Assembly: GCA_963843375.1 (NCBI GenBank)
Contig: CAWJKT010000014.1
Coordinates: 96,001 to 160,000, forward strand
DNA from: an uncultured Pseudomonadota bacterium
GTDB lineage: Bacteria; Oederibacteriota; Muellerivitia; Muellerivitales; Muellerivitaceae
Length of the DNA: 64,000 bases
Direction of reading: 5' to 3'
How positions within the stretch are numbered: position 1 is the stretch's first letter; every line of letters starts with the position of its first letter. The notes under the pieces were generated by a model. The model had not been told where the DNA came from and did not search any database. It saw only the letters and a list, made by a program, of their open reading frames with translations. The position numbers and the translations under genes are program-made. Positions 40,269-50,000 of the stretch are shown here, piece by piece.

Positions 40269-40424
40269 ATGGAAGAGAAAAAAATGGTTGAGTTACCTGT
40301 TTGGTCTGAAGAACAGTGGGAAACATGGTTATATTCCTTTGTTCGTGAAATGGAAAACAGTGTACCCCAATATTCCTCTCTCCCTGATGATATACCGACG
40401 AATCAGGTTCCTGCTAGCGAGTGA
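40269..40424 (+). CDS. Small acidic hypothetical protein (51 aa)
   Basis: ATG after AAGG, fills gap before AraC gene; no recognised motif. Confidence 0.4.
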   Translation: MEEKKMVELPVWSEEQWETWLYSFVREMENSVPQYSSLPDDIPTNQVPASE

Positions 40425-40462
40425 TTTTATTGAAGTTTTATTCCCTAGAGGAGGGGTTAATT

Positions 40463-41248
40463 TTGAATAACTTAAAATTAAAATTGATGGAAAACAATAC
40501 AGCCGAACTTATCCCATCGATAGCAAGGTCGCAACAAACGGACAAAATCACGATTGGTGTCAGTCAGAAAGGCTTGGAAAAACAAGCGTTCATTTTTTAT
40601 CAGTTGTCCAAAGACCTTTGCCTAGCCTATGTTCGAACCAACGAGGATGAAATGGATTCGGCTCGTCACAGGTTCATTCAAGCCATCTTGGAACAAAGCT
40701 ATAGCAACCAGGATTCGGTGAAGCTTCATTTTCAATATGCCATAGCCCAAATTGTCGACGCTTATGGGAAGAGGTTAGGCATTTATGGTAAAGAACTTTA
40801 TTCTACTCAGGAATCCTTCGATAAAAATATACAAAAGACGGCTGATATCGATGATTTGATGAGGATTTTTCAAGAAACCTTGAAAAATCTATTGGCCCTT
40901 ACGCTAAAGCCGGCCCAAGTTTCCCAAACAATTCGGATGGAGGGAGTAAGAAAATATATCGAGGAGAATTTTAGCCAAGCCCTTCGATTGGAAGAAACAG
41001 CACGGGAAAATGGATTTTCGGTCCCGGTTTTTGGGAGGGTTTTCAAGAAAAACTTCGCAATGAGTTTTTCCGCCTACCTAAGGAAAGTCCGCTTGGAACA
41101 GGCCAAAAAACTTCTTGTTTCTACTCGCCTCCCGATTTCCCAAGTTATCCAAGAATGCGGCTTTAGTAATCAGCAATATTTTTTCGACCTGTTCAAACGT
41201 TCGGTTGGATATACGCCTCAAAAATTCAGGGATTCATTTGATAGGTAG
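40463..41248 (+). CDS. AraC-family transcriptional regulator
   Basis: YIEENFS...FGRVFKK...RLEQAKKLL...ECGFSNQQYF...GYTPQKFR; TTG start after GGAGG. Confidence 0.9.
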   Translation: MNNLKLKLMENNTAELIPSIARSQQTDKITIGVSQKGLEKQAFIFYQLSKDLCLAYVRTNEDEMDSARHRFIQAILEQSYSNQDSVKLHFQYAIAQIVDAYGKRLGIYGKELYSTQESFDKNIQKTADIDDLMRIFQETLKNLLALTLKPAQVSQTIRMEGVRKYIEENFSQALRLEETARENGFSVPVFGRVFKKNFAMSFSAYLRKVRLEQAKKLLVSTRLPISQVIQECGFSNQQYFFDLFKRSVGYTPQKFRDSFDR

Positions 41249-41295
41249 AAAGGGTTTGGCGGAAGAAGAGGCGGGTTAAGGGGTTGCGCCCCTAA

Positions 41296-42300
41296 TCAAT
41301 GTTCATCCAAAACCCCATACCGCAGCCTAGTTATTTTCCCGGATGAATCAAAAAAAACTTCAAGCTTGTCATCGAAATCCAATCCTCGGTCGTGCTTAAA
41401 CTTAATGGTGCTCCCATTTTCCCCGTCATCCTCGCCGTCATACAAATAATATGGACAATCCAAAACGTTCTTCGCCTCGTTGGCAGAAGATTGGAAGGAA
41501 AATCCCCCGGTTAGGAGTATCTCGAAATCATTCGGTTGGGCGGGCTGTCTGATCTCGAAAATACCTCGATCCCGGTTTTGGTAGCGAAGGAGAGACATAT
41601 TACGGATGATCCATCGCCACCGGGCATGGCCATCGGGAGCCCTTTTTTCTAAAGTTTTTTCGACTGGCCAATCTCGAGCAATTGCCAAGTTATAAAGCTC
41701 GGAGATGCGATATCGGGCGCCTTTGTTCCAAATCTCACCATTGACCCAGTCAAGTACCAGGAGATTTTCTTTGCCCGATTCGGTTTTGGCTAATTCTTCG
41801 GATTTTTGCGCTGATTCGAGTCGTTCAACCGTTTCGTCCGGCTGTGTTTCTTTTCCCCCCTGTTTTTCCACTTGGAGACGTAAGGTTTCGATATCCAATT
41901 CTTGCTTTTCTAAACGGGAATTCAAATTCGTGGAAGAGATGAGGTCAGGGGTGGGCGAAAAAACTGGTGTTTCCGCGCTTTCAGGAGCTTTTTCACTTAA
42001 AAAGTCAACCATCTGGCTGAGCAGGGGATTGTCGGGGTTCAAGGCTAAAGCTTTCTCATACTGGGTCAGGGCTTCCGCCTTTTTTCCGATCCTTAATTCG
42101 CAATTCCCCAAGGCTTGGTAGGCTTCCGTAAAATCAGGATCTGTTTGAATGGCGTCCCGATAATAAGCCGCCGCCTGGGCATAATTCTTGGCGCCATAGG
42201 CCATATTTCCCTCCAGCAGTAATGAGGAAGCGGTTTGTGAATATGTTGGAGTGTAAACAATCCAAATCATTAGGAATATCAGTGAAAGACATTTTAAAAT
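41296..42300 (-). CDS. Exported TPR protein (possible ATT start at 42300; first ATG 42270)
   Basis: N-terminal TPRs (AYQALGNC, YEKALALNPDN), coiled segment, unknown C-terminal domain; AAGGAG 8 nt before in-frame ATT. Confidence 0.7.
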   Translation of the reverse strand: MLKCLSLIFLMIWIVYTPTYSQTASSLLLEGNMAYGAKNYAQAAAYYRDAIQTDPDFTEAYQALGNCELRIGKKAEALTQYEKALALNPDNPLLSQMVDFLSEKAPESAETPVFSPTPDLISSTNLNSRLEKQELDIETLRLQVEKQGGKETQPDETVERLESAQKSEELAKTESGKENLLVLDWVNGEIWNKGARYRISELYNLAIARDWPVEKTLEKRAPDGHARWRWIIRNMSLLRYQNRDRGIFEIRQPAQPNDFEILLTGGFSFQSSANEAKNVLDCPYYLYDGEDDGENGSTIKFKHDRGLDFDDKLEVFFDSSGKITRLRYGVLDEH

Positions 42301-42395
42301 GGCGGTTTCTCCTTCTTTGATGATCCGTTTCCGATTTTATATCAAAGTTGAAGCATCCTGTGGAGACTTCCGGTTTCTCATTGCCCGGCGTGAGT

Positions 42396-43592
42396 CTAAA
42401 ACGAATAACGCAAATCCGCTTCGGTCAGAGTAACAATACCGGCGTTAGTACTAGACTGGAATGCGATACCGTTTCCCGGTTCGAAATTATTGAGGGATGT
42501 TTCTAGGGAACGCACGAGGACCCTAGTATCTAAGATCCAATTTTCCCAACGGAAGCCCGCTCCAACACTGAAAACTGCAGTATTGGGAATGGTCGGATCG
42601 TAAGTAATGCCGCTTGAGACTTGCTGGTCGAAAATTGACTTAAAAAGCCCTGCCCGCAGGATCAGCCAAGGGGTAAGCGAGTCCTCGACACTGCCGTTCC
42701 AGCCGATACTCCAATTGGATTGGCTATCTCCGCCGGTGCCATCAACCACGAAACCTGTCGAAACAAGCCCATTCCCGCCATGAACCTCGTGATTTAGGGC
42801 AAGGCCAAAGGTGGCCAGGGTTTGAGTTGTGTCCAAACCGGAAGTATCCTGGTATTGATCCAACCCCAAATCGCCGAACAACCTTAAATTGTCCTGCGGA
42901 CTCATATCATGCTGTAAAAGGGAGCCTAGGCTAAGGGAAAAGATCCCGTTGCTCCTGACGCCGGTGTCGCCGTTTTGGAATGTCCCGAAGGTATAACCGG
43001 CATGAAAGTCGGCCTCACTAAAGGCCCCGCCACCTTTGAATCCTATTCCCATTTCTGCGCCCAAGGTGCGGGCATAATCGGTGCCGCTGTTTTGCATGTC
43101 ACCATAGTTCAACCGGATGCCGAAGTCCGAGGAACCAAAGGATTGGGCCCAGAATAGATCCACCTTGTTCGCTGGCATAGAGGTGGACCCCCAGGGTGTT
43201 GTACCCCCCACCGGACGCCAGTATTCCCCGTACACCGTATAATAAAGGGGAGTGAATGGTCGGTTCACGTAAGCGCCGAGGACCCCAATGTCCTGTTGCT
43301 TGCCGTCGATAACGCCGCCCCATTCATATTGTTCGGAAGTGGAGGTGTCGGCGTTATAACTTCCAAAACCGCTGGGGTTGCCCTTGGTCTCTGATGCCCC
43401 ATTATTCAACTGAAAATCCGTTGTGTCCTGGTATTGGATTACCTTTTGGGGATACATCCAAATCAAGTCCAAGTCCTCAGTCATACGTGGGTCGGAACTC
43501 AAAGAATCGATGCGAGGATCTCCATAAAGCTTGGAACCTAAAACCATTGTCAGGATTCCCAACATAACAGCCCTGGAAGTTTTTTTTATCAT
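42396..43592 (-). CDS. Outer-membrane beta-barrel of unknown family
   Basis: Signal peptide, alternating hydrophobic strands, PWLILRAG, C-terminal LRYSF. Confidence 0.7.
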   Translation of the reverse strand: MIKKTSRAVMLGILTMVLGSKLYGDPRIDSLSSDPRMTEDLDLIWMYPQKVIQYQDTTDFQLNNGASETKGNPSGFGSYNADTSTSEQYEWGGVIDGKQQDIGVLGAYVNRPFTPLYYTVYGEYWRPVGGTTPWGSTSMPANKVDLFWAQSFGSSDFGIRLNYGDMQNSGTDYARTLGAEMGIGFKGGGAFSEADFHAGYTFGTFQNGDTGVRSNGIFSLSLGSLLQHDMSPQDNLRLFGDLGLDQYQDTSGLDTTQTLATFGLALNHEVHGGNGLVSTGFVVDGTGGDSQSNWSIGWNGSVEDSLTPWLILRAGLFKSIFDQQVSSGITYDPTIPNTAVFSVGAGFRWENWILDTRVLVRSLETSLNNFEPGNGIAFQSSTNAGIVTLTEADLRYSF

Positions 43593-43623
43593 TTTTCTTT
43601 CACCGTTTTTAATGGCAAATCTT

Positions 43624-46455
43624 TTAGTTCATGATCAATTCTTTGAAAATATAGCGGTTTTCCTGACCACCTGCTACAACTTCTAATACCACATAATATA
43701 GGCCGTTGGAAAAATTAGCTGTCGGCAAGTCAAGGGTATAGGTGTGGTTCCCGGCGGAGGTCGGCAAGGAAGAGTTTTGAAAAACCCGACGGAATGCGGT
43801 GGTGAAGACCTTCACTTCGACGCTCTCGGAGGTTTGGGCTAGGAAATAATTAAGGTGGAGAAGTTGAGCCCCCCCGGTGGGGTTGGGAAAAATCGATGGT
43901 CCGCTGGCGGTCACTTGGGTATTTGTGAAAGTTGGGGTAAAGGTGACCGTGGGGGTGTTCGTGAACGTGCGTGTATTAGTGGCTGTCGCGGTCGGGGTGG
44001 GGGTATAAGTAATAGTAGGTGTGTTCGTGATGGTCGGAGTGAAAGTGATCGTTGGCGTAAATGTGATCGTAGGGGTGTTGGTAACCGTGGGGGTGTTTGT
44101 GACCGTTGGGCTGGGCGTGGGGGAAGGCCCGAATTTGGCGATAAAAGCGTCCGGAAGGAACTCATCTGAAGTGTTATTCAAGTTGGTTTGTGGAGCTCCA
44201 GGTGTAGTCGGCATGTTGGCGTCTTCGGTTTCTCCCACGATATATACGCCTCCCATCATATCAATGGCGAGAGCTGTACCGATCTCGTAACCGGTGTTTG
44301 CGACGCTTCCGAAACAAGTCGACCATACCAACGCAGTTCCTGATGCATTGAACTGGGACACAAAAGCCTCACTGGCTGGCGTGGTATAAGGATAATGGGC
44401 CACTGCGTAGTCGCTGGTCGTTCCGGTTACCGGGAAATCGTTTGAGGCGCTGAGTCCCCCTACGTAGGCGTTGTCATTCCCATCCACCGCGATGCCTCGG
44501 CCTTGATCCTCGTTGCTTCCGCCAAGGAAAGTGGAATAGACCAAGGCCGTTCCAGAAGAGTTTAATTTGGAAAGGAAGCCGTCGCTATCCGTTGTGTTAT
44601 TACCCATGTTGATAACAGTGTAGGGAGCTCCGTTGGTTGTCCAGAAATTCGGGGAGAAAGTCAAACCGGTCACATAGGCATTCCCGTCCGAATCCAATGC
44701 GATAGCATTGCCTTGGTCATACACGTTCCCCCCCAAGAAGGTGGAATAGATCAGTGCCGATCCCGAAGGGTTCAATTTCGTCACGAAAGCATTGGTAGCC
44801 CCGGTAGCGCCAAGCGAGGGTTGGAAAGGTGTTCCGGGCCCTGATTCGGTGACGGGGAAATTAGCCGAGGATGCCTCCCCGGTCACGTAGGCGTTCCCGT
44901 TTCCATCCACGGCGATGGCATAACCCATATCACCGTTGGTTCCCCCGTTCCCGCCCAGAAAAGTGGAATAAACCAAAGAGGAGGTTCCGCTCTGGTTCAT
45001 GTTCAATTTGGCCACAAAGGCGTTGGTGGCGTTGGTTGCGCCGAGAGCCGTTTGGTAGGCGCCGTTAGTTATCGGAAAATCGGTGGAGTTGGTTTGACCC
45101 GTCACGTAAACGAAATCGGCTGAGTCAAGCGCCAAGGCGTAAGCGAGATCATTCCCGCCGCTTCCCCCTAAAAAGGTGGAATAAAGCAATTCCGAACCTG
45201 TGGGATCCAGCTCGCTGATGTAAGCATCGGAGCCTCCGCTGGAAGTGGTCTGATAGGCATTCGTGACAGGAAAGGTATTTGTATTGGGGGAGTCGGAGGG
45301 GGGACTGGTCGGCCCGTCCACGTAACAATTCCCGCTTCCGTCAACCGCAATGCCCATATTGAATTCCGCAGGGTTATATTCGGTGCCGTTTCCTCCCAAG
45401 TAAGTGACATAGTCCCATGCCGTACCCGAAGAATTGATTTTGGCGACAAAAGCGTCGGCGGTACCGGTAAAGGTAGTTTGGTAAGATCCGGTGGTTGTCG
45501 GAAAATCAGTAGAAAATGTGTGGCCCGTGAAAAAAGCATCACCCGATGAATCCACGGCCACGCCAAAAGCCCCGTCGTGGTTGCTACCGCCCAGATAAGT
45601 GGAGTAATCCAAGACTGGATCGATAACCAGGGGCCTCGTCTTATCATAGGATGGCACATCAAATCCGACTTCTTTTGTGCCGGTTAACTTGTACCGGCCC
45701 AGTACCGGCTTGCGGACAGTTCCCTGGTTTTGGTATAGGACCGGTGCTTTGAACACCAAGCTGCCCAAGGAAGTTTTCAGGGCAAGGCTTCCGTCGGTGC
45801 CAATGTCCACCGAATCCGCTCCTTCAAAGGATAAGCGAATGACGTCGATATCGGACCCAGGTTGAACTTTAAAATCATATTCCAAACGCCCTTGGCTCCC
45901 GTAATATTCGATATTGATTCCTGGATAAACTCCCTGAATTCCAACTCGAGCATATTGAGGAATATGGGTATGCCAATGGGCGGGTTGATTGCCAATGAAG
46001 TAATTGCTGATTCCCGGAAGCTTTTCCATGCCTTCCGGGGAAAGATTTGAAATAGTTCCTTCCAATTTCATCCTTAAGACGGCTTTCTGGATCGCAGGCG
46101 GGCTTGGCCGATTACCCTTGCCCTTTGGAAATTTTCCAGGCGGTAGTGTGGAAGAAATTTTTTGGAGCACCAAGAAGGCGTCCAGAGATGTAAGAAAGAA
46201 AATGTATCCGGGACCGCGTGAAATGAACTTCGCCCGGGGATTTGTCTGGCCCTCATTGGGTTCAAAATAAAGGGGTAATTGGCTGGAGGAAAATGATAGA
46301 GCGGGCTGAGGGGGCGTTCCCTTTTGGAAAAATAAAGGAGCTTTTAAAGGGCTAAATGCTGGGACTCCACTTTGGGCCCAATCCGCCGATGATTGAAAAA
46401 ACAAATAACTTAAGATGAAGCTCATAAACCATAAATATTTTTTCAGGGACTGCAT
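43624..46455 (-). CDS. SBBP beta-propeller repeat surface protein with TPT linker and CTD
   Basis: LYFEPNEGQ, LVIDPVLDYSTYLGG, repeated IAVD..GNAYVTG.T.S.DFP / YSTFLGG; IFPNP...NGLYY CTD; start 46455 or 46482. Confidence 0.9.
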   Translation of the reverse strand: MQSLKKYLWFMSFILSYLFFQSSADWAQSGVPAFSPLKAPLFFQKGTPPQPALSFSSSQLPLYFEPNEGQTNPRAKFISRGPGYIFFLTSLDAFLVLQKISSTLPPGKFPKGKGNRPSPPAIQKAVLRMKLEGTISNLSPEGMEKLPGISNYFIGNQPAHWHTHIPQYARVGIQGVYPGINIEYYGSQGRLEYDFKVQPGSDIDVIRLSFEGADSVDIGTDGSLALKTSLGSLVFKAPVLYQNQGTVRKPVLGRYKLTGTKEVGFDVPSYDKTRPLVIDPVLDYSTYLGGSNHDGAFGVAVDSSGDAFFTGHTFSTDFPTTTGSYQTTFTGTADAFVAKINSSGTAWDYVTYLGGNGTEYNPAEFNMGIAVDGSGNCYVDGPTSPPSDSPNTNTFPVTNAYQTTSSGGSDAYISELDPTGSELLYSTFLGGSGGNDLAYALALDSADFVYVTGQTNSTDFPITNGAYQTALGATNATNAFVAKLNMNQSGTSSLVYSTFLGGNGGTNGDMGYAIAVDGNGNAYVTGEASSANFPVTESGPGTPFQPSLGATGATNAFVTKLNPSGSALIYSTFLGGNVYDQGNAIALDSDGNAYVTGLTFSPNFWTTNGAPYTVINMGNNTTDSDGFLSKLNSSGTALVYSTFLGGSNEDQGRGIAVDGNDNAYVGGLSASNDFPVTGTTSDYAVAHYPYTTPASEAFVSQFNASGTALVWSTCFGSVANTGYEIGTALAIDMMGGVYIVGETEDANMPTTPGAPQTNLNNTSDEFLPDAFIAKFGPSPTPSPTVTNTPTVTNTPTITFTPTITFTPTITNTPTITYTPTPTATATNTRTFTNTPTVTFTPTFTNTQVTASGPSIFPNPTGGAQLLHLNYFLAQTSESVEVKVFTTAFRRVFQNSSLPTSAGNHTYTLDLPTANFSNGLYYVVLEVVAGGQENRYIFKELIMN

Positions 46456-46610
46456 GACTTCCTTCGCTTGACAATGAATCATCGTGTGTTTCGTTTCTAA
46501 GAAGAACTTAGAATTTATTTCTATTGGTCAAAATCATAACACTTAATAACTTCAGATCAGGTTCTCGGGAAACCTCGATAAAATCGTCAATGTTTTAAGG
46601 TCAATTTGGA

Positions 46611-46628
46611 TGTAAAGAATCAGTAAAG
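46611..46628 (-). promoter_or_regulatory. 11-bp-period box (CTTTACTGATTCTTTACA on minus strand) upstream of SBBP gene
   Basis: TGTAAAGAATCAGTAAAG on plus strand; matches motif at 34749/40130. Confidence 0.55.
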
Positions 46629-46696
46629 ACTTTTACCCCTTTCCCATCGGATTGCTGGTAGCGCTTTTATCCCCTCGTGCAAATAACGATTTTAGA

Positions 46697-46714
46697 AATT
46701 GAACCGGTTCAATT
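46697..46714. promoter_or_regulatory. Perfect 18-bp palindrome AATTGAACCGGTTCAATT, LacI-type operator candidate
   Basis: Exact self-complementarity, central CG, in divergent intergenic region. Confidence 0.55.
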
Positions 46715-46771
46715 GGTTGATTTTAGTAAGACAGGAGATCGAATCCGATCTTGTCTTTGAAGCCTGATTTT

Positions 46772-46789
46772 CTTTACTTCTTCTTTACC
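46772..46789 (+). promoter_or_regulatory. 11-bp-period box CTTTACTTCTTCTTTACC upstream of the 47084 gene
   Basis: Matches motif consensus, oriented with the downstream plus-strand gene. Confidence 0.5.
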
Positions 46790-47083
46790 GTCTTTAAGGA
46801 ATTAATTTCTATTAAAGTGCAGGTAGTTAATAAAGCATATCAAGTTGTTAAAATGTTTTAGATATTCCGTCAGTCTTTAATTTGGGAAACGATGGAAAAG
46901 AGAGATTATAAAACCGATATAAAGTCGGTTTCGAAGGCTGTATGAATGTCATTCTGAAGAAGAAGGCTAAAAATAAAATTCTTCTGTAAGGGAGACGCCT
47001 TTTCTCTTACGAGGATAATTTTCTTGTGCCCGCAAACGAAAGGTCGGTGATTATGGTCAACGGTTCCCTCGCAAGCCGGATTC

Positions 47084-50000
47084 TTGAATCGAAGTTCATT
47101 TCGATTCGCTTTTCTGCTTTGTCTTTACGTCCTTTTCTTTGCCGGTGTTGGCACAGGTCGTGCCTGGACAAACGGCAGCTTTACCGCCGGGTTGACGGGC
47201 TGGGCGACTTCTTTCGCCAATCCAGGACTTGCGAATGGTTGTGGTAACCCTTCGGCGACAGTGGTCAACGCCACCACGGCCTCGGCTGTTGGTACGGGGG
47301 TTGCTCCCAACACGGATGGATTGCTACCAGACCATCCGGCTTGCAGTCCGGACGCAGTTCAACTATGGCCATCCCATGGAGATGCCAACCACGGGGATTG
47401 GGTTCAAATTGAGCAAACCGATACGGTGCCCACCAATGGCGACACCTGTTTCACTTTCTATTTCGCAGGCGTCTTTGAGAATTATCATTATTTACAGGGC
47501 GAAACCGCCAACAATTCAGACGCCTACATGCTGGTTAATATGATCGTTGGCGGCGCCGTGGTGGCCACCCTCAATTATAGTTGGGAAACCACCCTGCCCC
47601 AAATTATCCAACTCACCAACGCCCAGGTTCCGGCCGTCGGAGATGGCACCGTGTGTGATATTGACGGAACCCCAAACAATTGGGGTTACGTGCCCTGGAC
47701 TCAATACACCATCAACCTTTGCAAATATGCCGGACAGCAAGTCACCTTTCAGGCCATTTTTTACGATTGCGACGCGGGCGGCCATTATGGTTTTGGTTAT
47801 ATTAGTTGCCTAAACTGGGAATCGTGCCCGCCTCCCGCCATGACCATCACCAAAACCAATGTACCATCAGGCTTGGTGTCACCAGGCGAAGTCATCGACT
47901 ATACCTTGACCTACAAGAACAACGGTACTGGTCCCGCGGATGGAGTCGTTATCAACGACACAATTCCAACGGGTACCACCTTGGTGGCCGGATCGATTAC
48001 TAGCAATCCTATAGCCTTTTTCACAAGCGAGGTGGGAAACGACATTGTGTGGGATGTGGGATATGTGGCAGCCGGAGCTTCCGGCACTCTTTCGTTTCAA
48101 GTCACGGCCCCCGACAGTAAATGCGTAACCTTCACCAATGTCGCACAGGAGACGGATCTCACGGTGGCTTGTGGCACCACTCCGCCCCAATCCAATCCCG
48201 TGACGAATTGGTTGGGAGGATGCACGCCTACGCCCTCGCCGACCTATACCGCTTCAGACACAGCCACAGCCACGAACACAAAGACGCCATCGCCAACTTA
48301 TACGGCATCGGATACGACCACGAGTACAGCATCCCCAACGAACACAAAAACCGCAACATATACGCCAACTCCCACCAACACAAATACCGATACCGTTACG
48401 CCGACCAATACTCCTTCAGTTACCAACACCCCCACCCCAACGAACACAAAAACCAACACAGTTACACCAACCAACACTCCTACCAATACCAATACTCCCA
48501 CGCCTACAAATACTCCCTTACCAACCAATACTCCCACTAATACGAGCACAAGCACCGAGATTTTTACATCGACAAGCACTAATACGTCTACCTACACCAA
48601 TACACCCACGAATACGTCTACTGGTACCAACACCTCCACCAATACCGTTATGCCGACCAATACTCCCACCCTCACGAATACTTCGACCCCCACCAATACA
48701 CCCACTAGTACTAATACGCCGATAAACACGATAATATCCACCGTCGTGGTAGCCCCAAGCAATACACCTACCAACCCCACACCTATAAACACTATTATTT
48801 CCACTGTGGTGACAGGACCCAGCAACACACCCACAGTTGATCCCACACCTATAAACACGATCGTTTCTACAATAGTATCGGCACCAACGAATACACCCAC
48901 CATTGACCCAACACCGATGAACTCTTTTACTGTAACTGAAACCCCTACGATTTCGGATACACCGATCTTCACGAATACTACGACATTCACTTATACATCC
49001 ACCAATAGCTTTTCCCCGACGAACACATCGACAGAAAGTTGTACTCGCACCCCAACAAATACTCAAGTCGCCACTAATACCAAAACCGCGACCCTCACCA
49101 ATACGGATACGCGTACTTCCACCACCACTTTTACCTTTACGGCTACCCCGACATTAACCCTTACTCCAACGCCGATGTCGACCGTTCAGGTTTCGATGAA
49201 CAAGACTGTGTCTTCATCCACGGCGGTATCAGGGAACATATTGACATACACCTTGAGCCTTGTCGTAACGGGGAATATGGTCTCTGGAGTGGTGGTGATG
49301 GATACTCTTCCAGATTACGTGACTTATGTGGGTAGCGGAATTAATAATCCTTCGACGCTTCCTACGCCTGTTTTTCAACCAACTATTGGTCAATTGATCT
49401 GGACTTTGCCACCCCTTAATCCGGGGGCTTATCAGCTTTCTTATCAAACCCAAGTAAATAATCTCGTGCCAGGTGAAACGCAACTCATCAATAGGGCGGT
49501 AATGACTTATCCGGGGTCGGGTCCAGTGACAAGCGTCGCGCCCGTGATCGTGGTTGGGGAATATTTAGTAAATATTGGGGTTTATAACGAAGCGGGTGAA
49601 TTGGTGGAGCAGTTATTTTCCGAAGAGCTATCGCAACCTATCGAATCTATAGCATTTGGAGCCAGCAACACCATCACGGCCATAAACAGCCCTGGTGGAG
49701 CGGTGACCGTCTATTTCGCGGACCAACCGATAGCGGTTTGGAACGGCAGTAATTCCGTTGGAAACCCGGTGACTAACGGAACTTACCTGATTAAAGCGGA
49801 AAATATCAACAACAGCAATAATATGGTTACAACCACCACCCTAGAAGCGATTGTCAGCCGGACTCTTTACCAGATAACGGTCCTGATCTATAACGAAGCT
49901 GGGGAAGTGGTGAGACATCTTTATGCCTATGTATCTAACCCTGGGGAGACTTCCGTATCAAATATGAGTCTTTCAGCTTCGATGATAGCACCATCCGAAA

